IMG/VR virus record: IMGVR_UViG_3300038520_000506
Coordinates: 1 to 35,412 of that record
Direction: 5' to 3' (one strand)
DNA: 35,412 nt
Source of the DNA: a virus
Taxonomy: Duplodnaviria > Caudoviricetes
Both the position numbers and the translations under genes were made by a program. Of the stretch, positions 1-7,380 are shown in pieces. The notes under the pieces were generated by a model. That model did no database searches. It saw nothing but the letters and a program-made list of their open reading frames with translations, and was not told the origin of the DNA. Every line of letters begins with the position of its first letter. The first letter of the stretch is position 1.

Positions 1-11
1 TGGTTGGGAAC

Positions 12-73
12 GCTGAGGGGCCACGACATACTTTCACCGGCAGCCTCGCGCTACCGTCAACCTTCCCCTCAGC
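12..73 (-). ncRNA. Candidate structured RNA element at the 3' end of the 69..278 gene
   Basis: 9-bp outer stem (12-20 with 65-73) enclosing a 7-bp hairpin (38-44 with 50-56) that pairs fully only on the minus strand (G-U); family unknown. Confidence 0.4.
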
Positions 74-278
74 TTTGCGGTTTGTTCCAGTGCATGTTTC
101 TGACAAAGCCGTTTGGTTGCAGGTCTGCTATATCACCATCTCTGGTATTGCCGATAGTGTATAGTTCGCTGTACTTGTCGAAAGTCATGTAAGTCACCAT
201 GCGCGGCATGGCCCCAACCTTATGACATTCCTTGATGTATGCCTCTCTGGCATCTTGGATGTTGAGATTGTCAGTCAT
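69..278 (-). CDS. Hypothetical phage protein (69 aa)
   Basis: GGAG-type SD upstream; overlaps the stop of the upstream gene; same strand as the operon. Confidence 0.65.
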   Translation of the reverse strand: MTDNLNIQDAREAYIKECHKVGAMPRMVTYMTFDKYSELYTIGNTRDGDIADLQPNGFVRNMHWNKPQS

Positions 279-462
279 CTCTATCTCTCCGAACTATTTG
301 CACGACGCCATAAAACAGCATGCCCATGCCAGTATACAGGATGCCAATGCCGACCCAAAGATTGTTGCTTGGGTTCTCAGCATACCCTGCACCGGCAGTA
401 GCTATCATCAGTCCTAGGAATACAACGAAGGACCAGAAGAACAGTTGCTTAATTGTCGCCAT
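271..462 (-). CDS. Small membrane protein with two predicted TM helices
   Basis: Two hydrophobic stretches (LFFWSFVVFLGLMIATAGA; LWVGIGILYTGMGMLFYGVV); start taken at MATIKQ. Confidence 0.65.
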   Translation of the reverse strand: MATIKQLFFWSFVVFLGLMIATAGAGYAENPSNNLWVGIGILYTGMGMLFYGVVQIVRRDRDD

Positions 463-1012
463 CATTACCCCCATAAGTTAGGACAAACTTGCGAAACTCT
501 GCTGGGTCCAAGTCACCATTGGCAAGTTCAGTGATGACAGTCACAAGGGTTGATGCCTTGAGGCCGTCAGCCAGATACTGATCCTGCACCTCGTCCTCGG
601 TCACAAGAGGCACGCCACCACAGCGCAAATCAACCTCACGCTGGAACTCACTAAGACTGAGCCAGTCATACGGTGAAGCGTCGATGATGAAGTCGTGCTT
701 CTTCTGACCATTACGATGAACGTAGTGGGTTGCCTTGCGGATACCCTCGTCATCTTCATAGTTGATGCAGGGCTTGTAGGTGAAACCGAGATAGGCGAAC
801 TCTGGCGCGTTATCGTGATTGATCATAATTTCCCTTTCTTTCAGCCAGCCGTTTTCACGGTCATAGATCGAATAGGTGCCGTCAGGTTTCCAGACGCCAC
901 CGTCCAAAGTGTCGGCAAGCATCAAGGCGTATTGCAGATGCTTGAATTGACCAAGGATGAAGCCGTCTTTCAGAACCTCAAACCTTGGTCCGTCGAGTGA
1001 TATGCTAGGCAT
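449..1012 (-). CDS. Hypothetical phage protein (187 aa)
   Basis: Long ORF overlapping both neighbours; GAGG SD. Confidence 0.7.
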   Translation of the reverse strand: MPSISLDGPRFEVLKDGFILGQFKHLQYALMLADTLDGGVWKPDGTYSIYDRENGWLKEREIMINHDNAPEFAYLGFTYKPCINYEDDEGIRKATHYVHRNGQKKHDFIIDASPYDWLSLSEFQREVDLRCGGVPLVTEDEVQDQYLADGLKASTLVTVITELANGDLDPAEFRKFVLTYGGNDGDN

Positions 1013-1193
1013 CGCTTACCCTCTCATAGTTGCGGAAGTCATTGGGGCGATCTTCATCAATCATTTGATAGCCCTTGCTCTCCATCTCCTCTCGGATGTG
1101 GATGTCCAAGTCAGACATAGACTTGCAACAGTCTACGGCATCACGATAGGCATCAGCAAATGCCTGACAGGTTTTGGCTTGTTCTTCAGTCAT
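1005..1193 (-). CDS. Hypothetical protein (62 aa, MTEEQAK...)
   Basis: GGGAG SD at 1201-1205, 7 nt from ATG 1193; the track's 1466 start overlaps the upstream gene. Confidence 0.65.
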   Translation of the reverse strand: MTEEQAKTCQAFADAYRDAVDCCKSMSDLDIHIREEMESKGYQMIDEDRPNDFRNYERVSDA

Positions 1194-1205
1194 TCTCATT
1201 CTCCC

Positions 1206-1225
1206 AAAAGTTACATAGAACTTTT
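1206..1225. promoter_or_regulatory. Palindromic operator-like site AAAAGTT-N6-AACTTTT
   Basis: aaaagttacatagaactttt abutting the SD; motif recurs at 3209, 6462, 7381 and 16077. Confidence 0.6.
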
Positions 1226-1254
1226 GAGGGCGGCATGGCCGCCCCCAATCTTGT

Positions 1255-2049
1255 TTAGATGTCGAACTGATCCAGAACATACTTCTTGACCCTGCGATCA
1301 AACAGAGCCTTGCAGTCGCCCAGATACTTGTGGAAGGCATGCACGTTGTTTTGTGCATACTTCTTCTCGCTCTCGGTGAAGTCCCAGACAGGCTGCATCT
1401 GTGTGCTGTTGCCGTGAACCATGAGCCAGCCATCATCGCGGAAGGCCTTCTTCTGGTGAATACCAAACGCCTTCACCTCAAACACCCTAGTGGTCTCGGT
1501 GACGCCGCGAACATCTTTGGGCTTGGCAGACAGAACAAAGCGCAAGCCCTTTGATGAATTGATGATAGGGATACCCCGCTCATACACAGTCTTTGACCAA
1601 GCCTGAGACACGGTGACATGGTTGCGCGTCCAGTAGTCGCTGCCGTCAGTGTCTACGCCAACCTCTCTGTCCCCCGCATGCCGCTCACCCTTGATCCACA
1701 GATCGAACTTAGACCGTGGGAAGGCGCTGTCGAGGGTAGTACCGGCAGCGCGGCGGGTGTCCTTCTCATGCCGCGCCATTGGGCGATAAGGCTCCACCTC
1801 ACGACGTTCCAGCCGGATCTTGCGAATGGCTTGAAAAAGGCTGCTAGTGTACTCCCAGAAGGCGTCAGCAGCATCACGGTGAATTTTCCTGAGGTCATCA
1901 TCGAAGTCATAAGCATCACCAGACATGCGATATCTAGAGCCGCCCTTTAGATGCCGGATGTAGGAATGGGGCGCACCCCATTCCTTCCTTGCCTGTTCGA
2001 TCTGTTCTGCCGCAAAGGACAGAAACTTGTGTTGTTCTGATGTATACAT
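1255..2049 (-). CDS. Hypothetical phage protein (264 aa)
   Basis: Start MYTSEQ with GGGAGA SD; directly follows the VWA gene stop. Confidence 0.75.
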   Translation of the reverse strand: MYTSEQHKFLSFAAEQIEQARKEWGAPHSYIRHLKGGSRYRMSGDAYDFDDDLRKIHRDAADAFWEYTSSLFQAIRKIRLERREVEPYRPMARHEKDTRRAAGTTLDSAFPRSKFDLWIKGERHAGDREVGVDTDGSDYWTRNHVTVSQAWSKTVYERGIPIINSSKGLRFVLSAKPKDVRGVTETTRVFEVKAFGIHQKKAFRDDGWLMVHGNSTQMQPVWDFTESEKKYAQNNVHAFHKYLGDCKALFDRRVKKYVLDQFDI

Positions 2050-2050
2050 A

Positions 2051-3196
2051 TCAGTCTCCCATTTTGAGAATGGCCACCTCGCCCCAAGGGGCTTTGTCGG
2101 AGCCAATGTCGGTTGATACCCAAAGCACCGGATAGTCCGGCTTGTCGGGGAAGTCGGTGATCCCCAAGTCAGTCAGGACCACCATGTTGTCACAAGGCAG
2201 TTGATGCTCATCGACATACTTGAAAGCCGGTGAGATGCGGGTGCCGCCCCTGCCAGCCAGCCCAACCTTTTCGATGACCTCGCCTTGCTCATACCGCTTC
2301 ACAGTCTGCACCTTAGTGTCGAAGGTGATCACCGTGACAGAGTTGGGCTTGTGTTCATCACTGATGGCGTTGATCTCACCAAGGAAGTGGGACCATTCAG
2401 CATCAGTCACAGAGGCTGAACTGTCGCCAAGGATGATGATGTCACCGGCACCCATGCGGTCAACGCTGGGCAGATAGATGCCCTGATTGAACCATGCGTT
2501 CTTCTGGGGCCGACGCCATGTGTAGTCGTCAGGCTGGTCACCACCGATGAAACGATGCAGAACATCACGCCAGTCAACCTGTGAGCGGCGCATGACCTGC
2601 ACAAGCTGATCGATGGCAGCCGGAAGGTTGCCGCGAGACTTGGCAGCATCAGCGGCCATGATGACCTTGATGTCCATCTCAGCCTCGACCTGTTGGGTCT
2701 CAGCCTCGGACATCTCGCTGCCGTCCTCGCCCTGCATAGGTATGACCTCACCCCATGCCGGACCATCTTCTGGCACATCATCGTCAGGCATCTCGGCGTA
2801 AATCTTCTCAGCCATCCAGCCCTTGAACTTGTTCCATGCGTCCTTGGTGGTGCTGAACAAGCCTTCCTTGGGGATAGAGAAGCCGCTGTCGATCAGGATA
2901 TCGTTGATGGCGATATCGGTGCAGATGTTCCACTTTTTGTGCTTGCGCTTGCCCATACGCAGCATGTGCTTGAAGACAACGTGCAGCACCTCATGCGCGA
3001 TCACGCCCATGACATGGTCCTTGTCCAAGCTGTCAACAAAGGCACGGTTCCAGAGAATGGACCGGCCATCTGTCGCCATAGTCGGCACCTTGTCAGTCTC
3101 GACAAAGTTGAGACCGGCAGCACATGAGCCAAAGAATGGATGGTGCAGCATCAGTTGCGTCTTGGCCTGTGCAACTTTGAGATTTGCATCAGTCAT
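2051..3196 (-). CDS. Metallopeptidase-like + VWA-like domain protein (DUF2201-type)
   Basis: TMATDG, HEVLH zincin motif, WNICTDIAIN, MIDAS-like GDSSAS, GRGGT. Confidence 0.88.
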   Translation of the reverse strand: MTDANLKVAQAKTQLMLHHPFFGSCAAGLNFVETDKVPTMATDGRSILWNRAFVDSLDKDHVMGVIAHEVLHVVFKHMLRMGKRKHKKWNICTDIAINDILIDSGFSIPKEGLFSTTKDAWNKFKGWMAEKIYAEMPDDDVPEDGPAWGEVIPMQGEDGSEMSEAETQQVEAEMDIKVIMAADAAKSRGNLPAAIDQLVQVMRRSQVDWRDVLHRFIGGDQPDDYTWRRPQKNAWFNQGIYLPSVDRMGAGDIIILGDSSASVTDAEWSHFLGEINAISDEHKPNSVTVITFDTKVQTVKRYEQGEVIEKVGLAGRGGTRISPAFKYVDEHQLPCDNMVVLTDLGITDFPDKPDYPVLWVSTDIGSDKAPWGEVAILKMGD

Positions 3197-3208
3197 ATCA
3201 TACTCCCA

Positions 3209-3228
3209 AAAAGTTAGATGGAACTTTT
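3209..3228. promoter_or_regulatory. Palindromic operator-like site
   Basis: aaaagttagatggaactttt between a GC hairpin (3229-3250) and the SD. Confidence 0.6.
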
Positions 3229-3256
3229 GAGGGGCGGCGAACCGCCCCTCGAATGG

Positions 3257-4294
3257 TTACTTGGCGAACAGATCGTGGCCACCGTTGATGATCCACTGCC
3301 GGACAGCCTCGGACTTCTTGATCTCAGGGTCACGGTTGCAAGCGTCCTTGAGACAGAAGCCAGCGAACTCTTGCTGATCCAGCCGCTTGAGATAGCGGAC
3401 GATGTTGCCAGCGTTGCCCTGCGTCATGCGATAGGCCAGACCAGACGCCAGCGCGTACAAGATCATGGCATCCTGCGGCACCTCGGCACCGTCAGGGTTG
3501 CTGATGATGCCGTCTAGGTCAGGCATGTTGGCCTTCATCCTGCGGAAGCCAGCGAAATCAGCCGCCGTAGGACGGCCAACCGTGCCAGCAATAGCCTCGG
3601 CCTCTGCCACAGGCGGCAGGTTCCATGACAGGATGGTGCTGACGCGATCCCATGATCGGAAGGATGGGTTGGCGTTGGCATCACGGTCAAACTTGACAGC
3701 GTTCTCAGGCCGTGCGCGGAGATATGCGGTAACGTCCTCATGCACACCGTTGGCCACCATGAAAGCAATGGCGTCCTCAACATCAGGGTCAATCTCCAAG
3801 AACATCAGGCAGTCCTTGAGATGCGACGGCATGTTGTTTGTGCCAGCCCGATCCGACATGCGGTTGCCAGCGGCGCAGATCACGACATTGTGCGGCAACT
3901 CAAACTCACCGACGCGCCATTCGTTGATAAGCTGACGCCCGACATTCATGTTGGCGACAGGTGCCTGTGGCAATTCATCCAAGAACAGGACGATCACCTC
4001 ATAGCTGGCGGCCATCTCGTGTATGCGGCGAAGCCAGAATGGCATCACACGGTGAGCCTCACCGTCGATCAGCGCGATAATTCCGTTCACCTCGGCGGCA
4101 TCCATCGATGCCAGCGAAAGGATGTACAGGCCCCAGTCACGCTCTGTCGCGATCTGTTGCACCATAGATGTCTTGCCGATACCCATGGTGGCCTCGGCAT
4201 AAGGTATGGTCCGGTCAGCATCACGGCTTTCGCGGTTGGCGATCTGGCTGTCGAATGAAGCCTCGAAAATAGTCTTAGCAAGTGAAAGTTTCAT
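3257..4294 (-). CDS. AAA+ ATPase (MoxR/dynein-related type)
   Basis: Walker A-like ATMGIGKT, Walker B LFLDE, sensor AAGN, PSFRSW; adjacent to the VWA gene. Confidence 0.9.
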   Translation of the reverse strand: MKLSLAKTIFEASFDSQIANRESRDADRTIPYAEATMGIGKTSMVQQIATERDWGLYILSLASMDAAEVNGIIALIDGEAHRVMPFWLRRIHEMAASYEVIVLFLDELPQAPVANMNVGRQLINEWRVGEFELPHNVVICAAGNRMSDRAGTNNMPSHLKDCLMFLEIDPDVEDAIAFMVANGVHEDVTAYLRARPENAVKFDRDANANPSFRSWDRVSTILSWNLPPVAEAEAIAGTVGRPTAADFAGFRRMKANMPDLDGIISNPDGAEVPQDAMILYALASGLAYRMTQGNAGNIVRYLKRLDQQEFAGFCLKDACNRDPEIKKSEAVRQWIINGGHDLFAK

Positions 4295-4325
4295 AACGAA
4301 ACATCTCCCAAAGGTTGAGGGTTGG

Positions 4326-4616
4326 TTACACGTCTTGGTTTACGCACTGGGCGTAGTAGGCATCGTAATATTCATCGATCTCTTTCGATGGAACGGCAAT
4401 AAAGGCCTTGCCTGATTTGATGGTGAAAGGCAGATCGATGTTGAAGCGGCGATACTGCTTCTTTTCCAGATCGAACACGACGATCAGGTGGTCTGGCACA
4501 TTTTGATCATTCTTGATCACGCCCCAGACAGGACGATGTGAGCCGTCCTGCTTGGTGAAATGACCAGAGAAAAATCTGCCATACCAGCCCGACAGAAGGC
4601 GCTCTTTTCTATTCAT
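4326..4616 (-). CDS. WYL_2/SH3-like beta-barrel protein
   Basis: FTKQDGSHR...VFDLEKKQYRRFNID pattern typical of phage WYL_2 (DUF2693-like) proteins; GGGAGA SD. Confidence 0.6.
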   Translation of the reverse strand: MNRKERLLSGWYGRFFSGHFTKQDGSHRPVWGVIKNDQNVPDHLIVVFDLEKKQYRRFNIDLPFTIKSGKAFIAVPSKEIDEYYDAYYAQCVNQDV

Positions 4617-4657
4617 GCTTTGTCTCCCAAAAGAAGAGGGGGCCAAGGCCCCCATGA

Positions 4658-5347
4658 TTAGAATTGATCGACAACGTCGTTGACGATCTCGTTTTCCTCA
4701 GCGACCTTGTCTTTGGCCTTGGCTGAGGCCTCAGCAGCAGCGGCGCGCTGTTCCTTCAACTCGCGCACCTTGTCGTCAAACAGACGCCATTGCTCTTCAT
4801 CAAAGTCTGAATTGTCGAAGCCGCCGTCTGCCCTCGGCTTGCCGATCAGCTTCTGTGCCAGCTTGGTCACCTCGCAGACACCCTTGTCCTGCTTGACATA
4901 GGCGGCCAGCTTGGCCTCGCTGGTGATGCCTTCAGAGGCAAAGGCTGCCCTGATGGCGTCCGGCGTCAGGTTGGATGACTTTTCCCACTCAAACTTGACG
5001 ACAGCCTTCATGCTGTTTTCATAACGCTTCTTGCCGACAGACTGGCTGTAGGTTGGGCCGTCGTTATCGTTCATCAGAGCGTCTTTGATGTGATTGCCAT
5101 TGTCGGACAGCTTGCCTTTCCTGATGTTGGTGTCAGGGTCTGTTTTGACGTTGGGCTTCTGGGCAATGACCAGCGGGATGATCTCGGCGTACTGATCAAT
5201 CACAAGGCCATTCTGAGCCTCACCCAGAACCTTCTTGTTTTCCTTGGCGGCCTTCTCTTGGCCGTGCAGAGATACCAGCTTGGTCAGGGTATCGTTTGCG
5301 TTGATGGCGTTATCGACGAGGGTTTGTGCGTTGGTTTTTTTAGGCAT
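4658..5347 (-). CDS. Hypothetical phage protein (229 aa, C-terminal coiled coil)
   Basis: Start MPKKTN at 5347 with GGGAGA SD; the track's extension to 5440 runs through the ribozyme. Confidence 0.75.
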   Translation of the reverse strand: MPKKTNAQTLVDNAINANDTLTKLVSLHGQEKAAKENKKVLGEAQNGLVIDQYAEIIPLVIAQKPNVKTDPDTNIRKGKLSDNGNHIKDALMNDNDGPTYSQSVGKKRYENSMKAVVKFEWEKSSNLTPDAIRAAFASEGITSEAKLAAYVKQDKGVCEVTKLAQKLIGKPRADGGFDNSDFDEEQWRLFDDKVRELKEQRAAAAEASAKAKDKVAEENEIVNDVVDQF

Positions 5348-5369
5348 GTCAGTCTCCCGAAAAAGGTGT

Positions 5370-5440
5370 GTGTTTCGCCCATGCTTGGGCCAAGGCCGCA
5401 CCATGCGGCTCATCAGTACGCCAGCGTCAGGCGTAGACAC
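5370..5440 (-). ncRNA. Type III hammerhead ribozyme with extended stem II
   Basis: GUGUC^UACGCC-UGACGCU-GGCGUA-CUGAUGA-G...C-GAAACAC: intact core, GUC triplet, stems I and III perfect; predicted cut between 5436 and 5435. Confidence 0.85.
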
Positions 5441-5459
5441 GGGGCCGAGGCCCCAGTGG

Positions 5460-5693
5460 TTAGATTGCGTGATATTCGGTCAGGCGCAGGGTGCCTTGCT
5501 TGACCAGCTTGTCACCTTCTAGCGTGTAGTACGCATGGAATTTGCGGCCCTTGTAGATGGCATACATGACGTTGTCATAGCCAAACGTGGCGTCATGCTT
5601 GGCGATATATTCGCCCAGCGCCTTCAGTGTAGGCTTGAGCGGATAAAGCGTGATCTTGTCTGAACCAGCCTTGAGGCCGTTTGCTGAATACAT
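5460..5693 (-). CDS. Small hypothetical protein (77 aa)
   Basis: AGGAG SD; lies between the two hammerheads. Confidence 0.7.
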   Translation of the reverse strand: MYSANGLKAGSDKITLYPLKPTLKALGEYIAKHDATFGYDNVMYAIYKGRKFHAYYTLEGDKLVKQGTLRLTEYHAI

Positions 5694-5704
5694 GTGGCAG
5701 TCTC

Positions 5705-5908
5705 CTACTGGCTGAACTCAAAGCGTTGATTGAAATAGGCAGGGTTGTCAGACTTGGCGATGGCCGCCTTGACATCATCGACATAGACACGCCCGACAAG
5801 GCACATCTCCAAGCCGAGGTATGTCGGGATCAGGCCCATGTTGGTCAGGGTCTGGATCGCGTCCTGTCTGTCAGGCGTCATCTTGTCGTCTGCAATTTTT
5901 CTAGCCAT
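5705..5908 (-). CDS. Small hypothetical protein (67 aa), first ORF of the leftward operon
   Basis: AGGAGG SD at 5914-5919. Confidence 0.7.
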   Translation of the reverse strand: MARKIADDKMTPDRQDAIQTLTNMGLIPTYLGLEMCLVGRVYVDDVKAAIAKSDNPAYFNQRFEFSQ

Positions 5909-5916
5909 GCAGGCCT

Positions 5917-5966
5917 CCTGTTTCGCGGTGTCTCTTCAGGCATGGGTACCAATCCCATGCGACAGG
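5917..5966 (-). ncRNA. Type III hammerhead ribozyme with minimal stem II
   Basis: CCUGUC^GCAUGGG-AUUGGUA-CCCAUGC-CUGAAGA-G-ACACCG-C-GAAACAGG; loop I GGU complementary to loop II ACC; predicted cut between 5961 and 5960. Confidence 0.88.
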
Positions 5967-6243
5967 TGCGCGGCCATCACCACCGCGCATTAGTCTCTGC
6001 CAGCCCAGCCCCAACCCCGCAACGCGACGCCGAAAGATGTAACTGACATATTGTTGAGTGCCGTACAGAAACTGACCAGAATGGAAAGGCCAGAAACTTG
6101 ACACTCGTTATCGGCGTATCTGATCTGCAAAAGCTGATCGCGTGTCGCACAAGGGCTGGGGTGATTACCAACCTACCGTAGGCTTTGCCAATCAGGGGCT
6201 GACAGGGGTGATCCCCAGTCAATCTGCATTAGCAGATGACTTA
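5967..6243 (-). ncRNA. Large multi-stem structured RNA, family unknown
   Basis: Nested helices 5997-6006/6196-6205, 6009-6018/6152-6161, 6022-6027/6138-6143, 6028-6033/6111-6116, 6056-6062/6100-6106; mismatches resolve as G-U on the minus strand. Confidence 0.65.
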
Positions 6244-6251
6244 CAAAGGTG

Positions 6252-6279
6252 GTTATACAGGAGTAAACGATTGGGACAA
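6252..6279 (-). promoter_or_regulatory. Putative sigma70-type leftward promoter
   Basis: TTGTCC-N16-TATAAC with upstream A-tracts (6301-6324), immediately 5' of the structured RNA. Confidence 0.45.
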
Positions 6280-6461
6280 CCCTTTTATTGCCATCTATGA
6301 TCATTTTTTTTCATTTATTTTCATATCTGGTCTGTAACCTAGGCTGGAAGCTAAAAACGCCGTTAGCATCTTTTTGGTAGTAAACCACCGGAAAACACCT
6401 AAAGCCGCTGTGCGGGCTTCCTAGGGCGATCTAGGGCATGTTGAGGTTTTGGGGTGCGGGG

Positions 6462-6479
6462 AAAGTTATCGGTAACTTT
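6462..6479. promoter_or_regulatory. Palindromic operator-like site upstream of terS
   Basis: aaagttatcggtaacttt. Confidence 0.6.
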
Positions 6480-6570
6480 TCATGGGGTGCCGGATCGGAT
6501 AGGGTGACCGACAGGCAAAACCGCGAAAGGCCCACCGCCAAGGTGCTGGCATGATCATGGGGATAGGATA

Positions 6571-7050
6571 ATGGGAAAGAATACAGGCAAGGGTAAGGGT
6601 AACCATCTCAGGGTGGTAGGGAAGGCAGACAAGCTGACAGCCAAGCAAGAGGCATTTGCCATGCAGGTGGCGAAGGGTGCCATGCTCAGTGAGGCCTACA
6701 GGGACTGCTATGCAGCCGACAGCATGCGAGACAGCACCATATGGTCCGAGGCATGCAAGCTGGCACAGAACCCCAAGGTTGCCACAAGGATTAAGGCCAT
6801 ACAGGCTGATATGGAACAGGATCGCCGCACGATAGAGCGCAGGCGAGAAGAGTGGGTTTTGAAAAGGCTGACACAGGAAGCGGATCAGGCAGAGACTGAC
6901 GGCGCTCGGATCAGGGCCATCGAATTGGTGGGCCGGACCATCGGCATGTTTACTGACAGGATCGAACAGGCTGACGATGCAGAGCGGTCAGCGTCTGACA
7001 TCGAAGCGGACCTGCGCAAGCGGCTGGACCGTCTGCTGGGTGATGGGTGA
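6571..7050 (+). CDS. terS: Terminase small subunit
   Basis: LTAKQEAFA..VAKG...SEAYRDCY HTH-like N-terminus; RIRAIELVGRTIGMF; first gene of the packaging arm. Confidence 0.8.
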   Translation: MGKNTGKGKGNHLRVVGKADKLTAKQEAFAMQVAKGAMLSEAYRDCYAADSMRDSTIWSEACKLAQNPKVATRIKAIQADMEQDRRTIERRREEWVLKRLTQEADQAETDGARIRAIELVGRTIGMFTDRIEQADDAERSASDIEADLRKRLDRLLGDG

Positions 7051-7092
7051 TTGTTGGTATGCTAACGATCAGATCGTTGGTGTACTAACGAT
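7050..7092. repeat. Two tandem 20-bp imperfect palindromes
   Basis: attgttggtatgctaacgat (7050-7069) and atcgttggtgtactaacgat (7073-7092). Confidence 0.65.
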
Positions 7093-7380
7093 GGGTGTTA
7101 CCGCCCCCTTTGCCTAGTCACGACACCTTGGACTCCCACCCACCCCCATCCCCCTGTGGCCGACATGCGCCTGCACACGCGCACTACATGAACATCTACT
7201 CATCCAATCCCCCTCTCTGGTGAATAGCTATAAAGCCCCTGTAGCGTCCTTAGAGTGTTTTTGGGTATACCCCACCCCTTTGATGCTTTGAGGGTGCCAC
7301 ACGGTCCTTAAAACGCGGTTAAACGGCATTCTATGTGGCTAGGAATCCTAGGGGGGTGGGTATTTCAAAAAAAATTTTTA

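Noticed and set aside
1194-1466. Extension of ORF 1005..1466
   Set aside because: Overlaps gene 1255..2049 and the intergenic hairpin; the SD supports 1193
5348-5440. N-terminal extension of ORF 4658..5440
   Set aside because: It overlaps the hammerhead; a strong SD supports the ATG at 5347
6158-6192. GCAAAGCCU-containing segment resembling a c-di-GMP-I riboswitch
   Set aside because: The GNRA/receptor and P1-P2 architecture is absent; also checked 6513-6532 with the same result
5681-6222. ORFs 5681..6046(+), 5901..6104(-) and 5977..6222(-)
   Set aside because: No SD and atypical composition; the region is better explained as structured RNA
7050-7092. Mini-CRISPR array
   Set aside because: Only two 20-bp units separated by 3 bp; no spacers or cas genes
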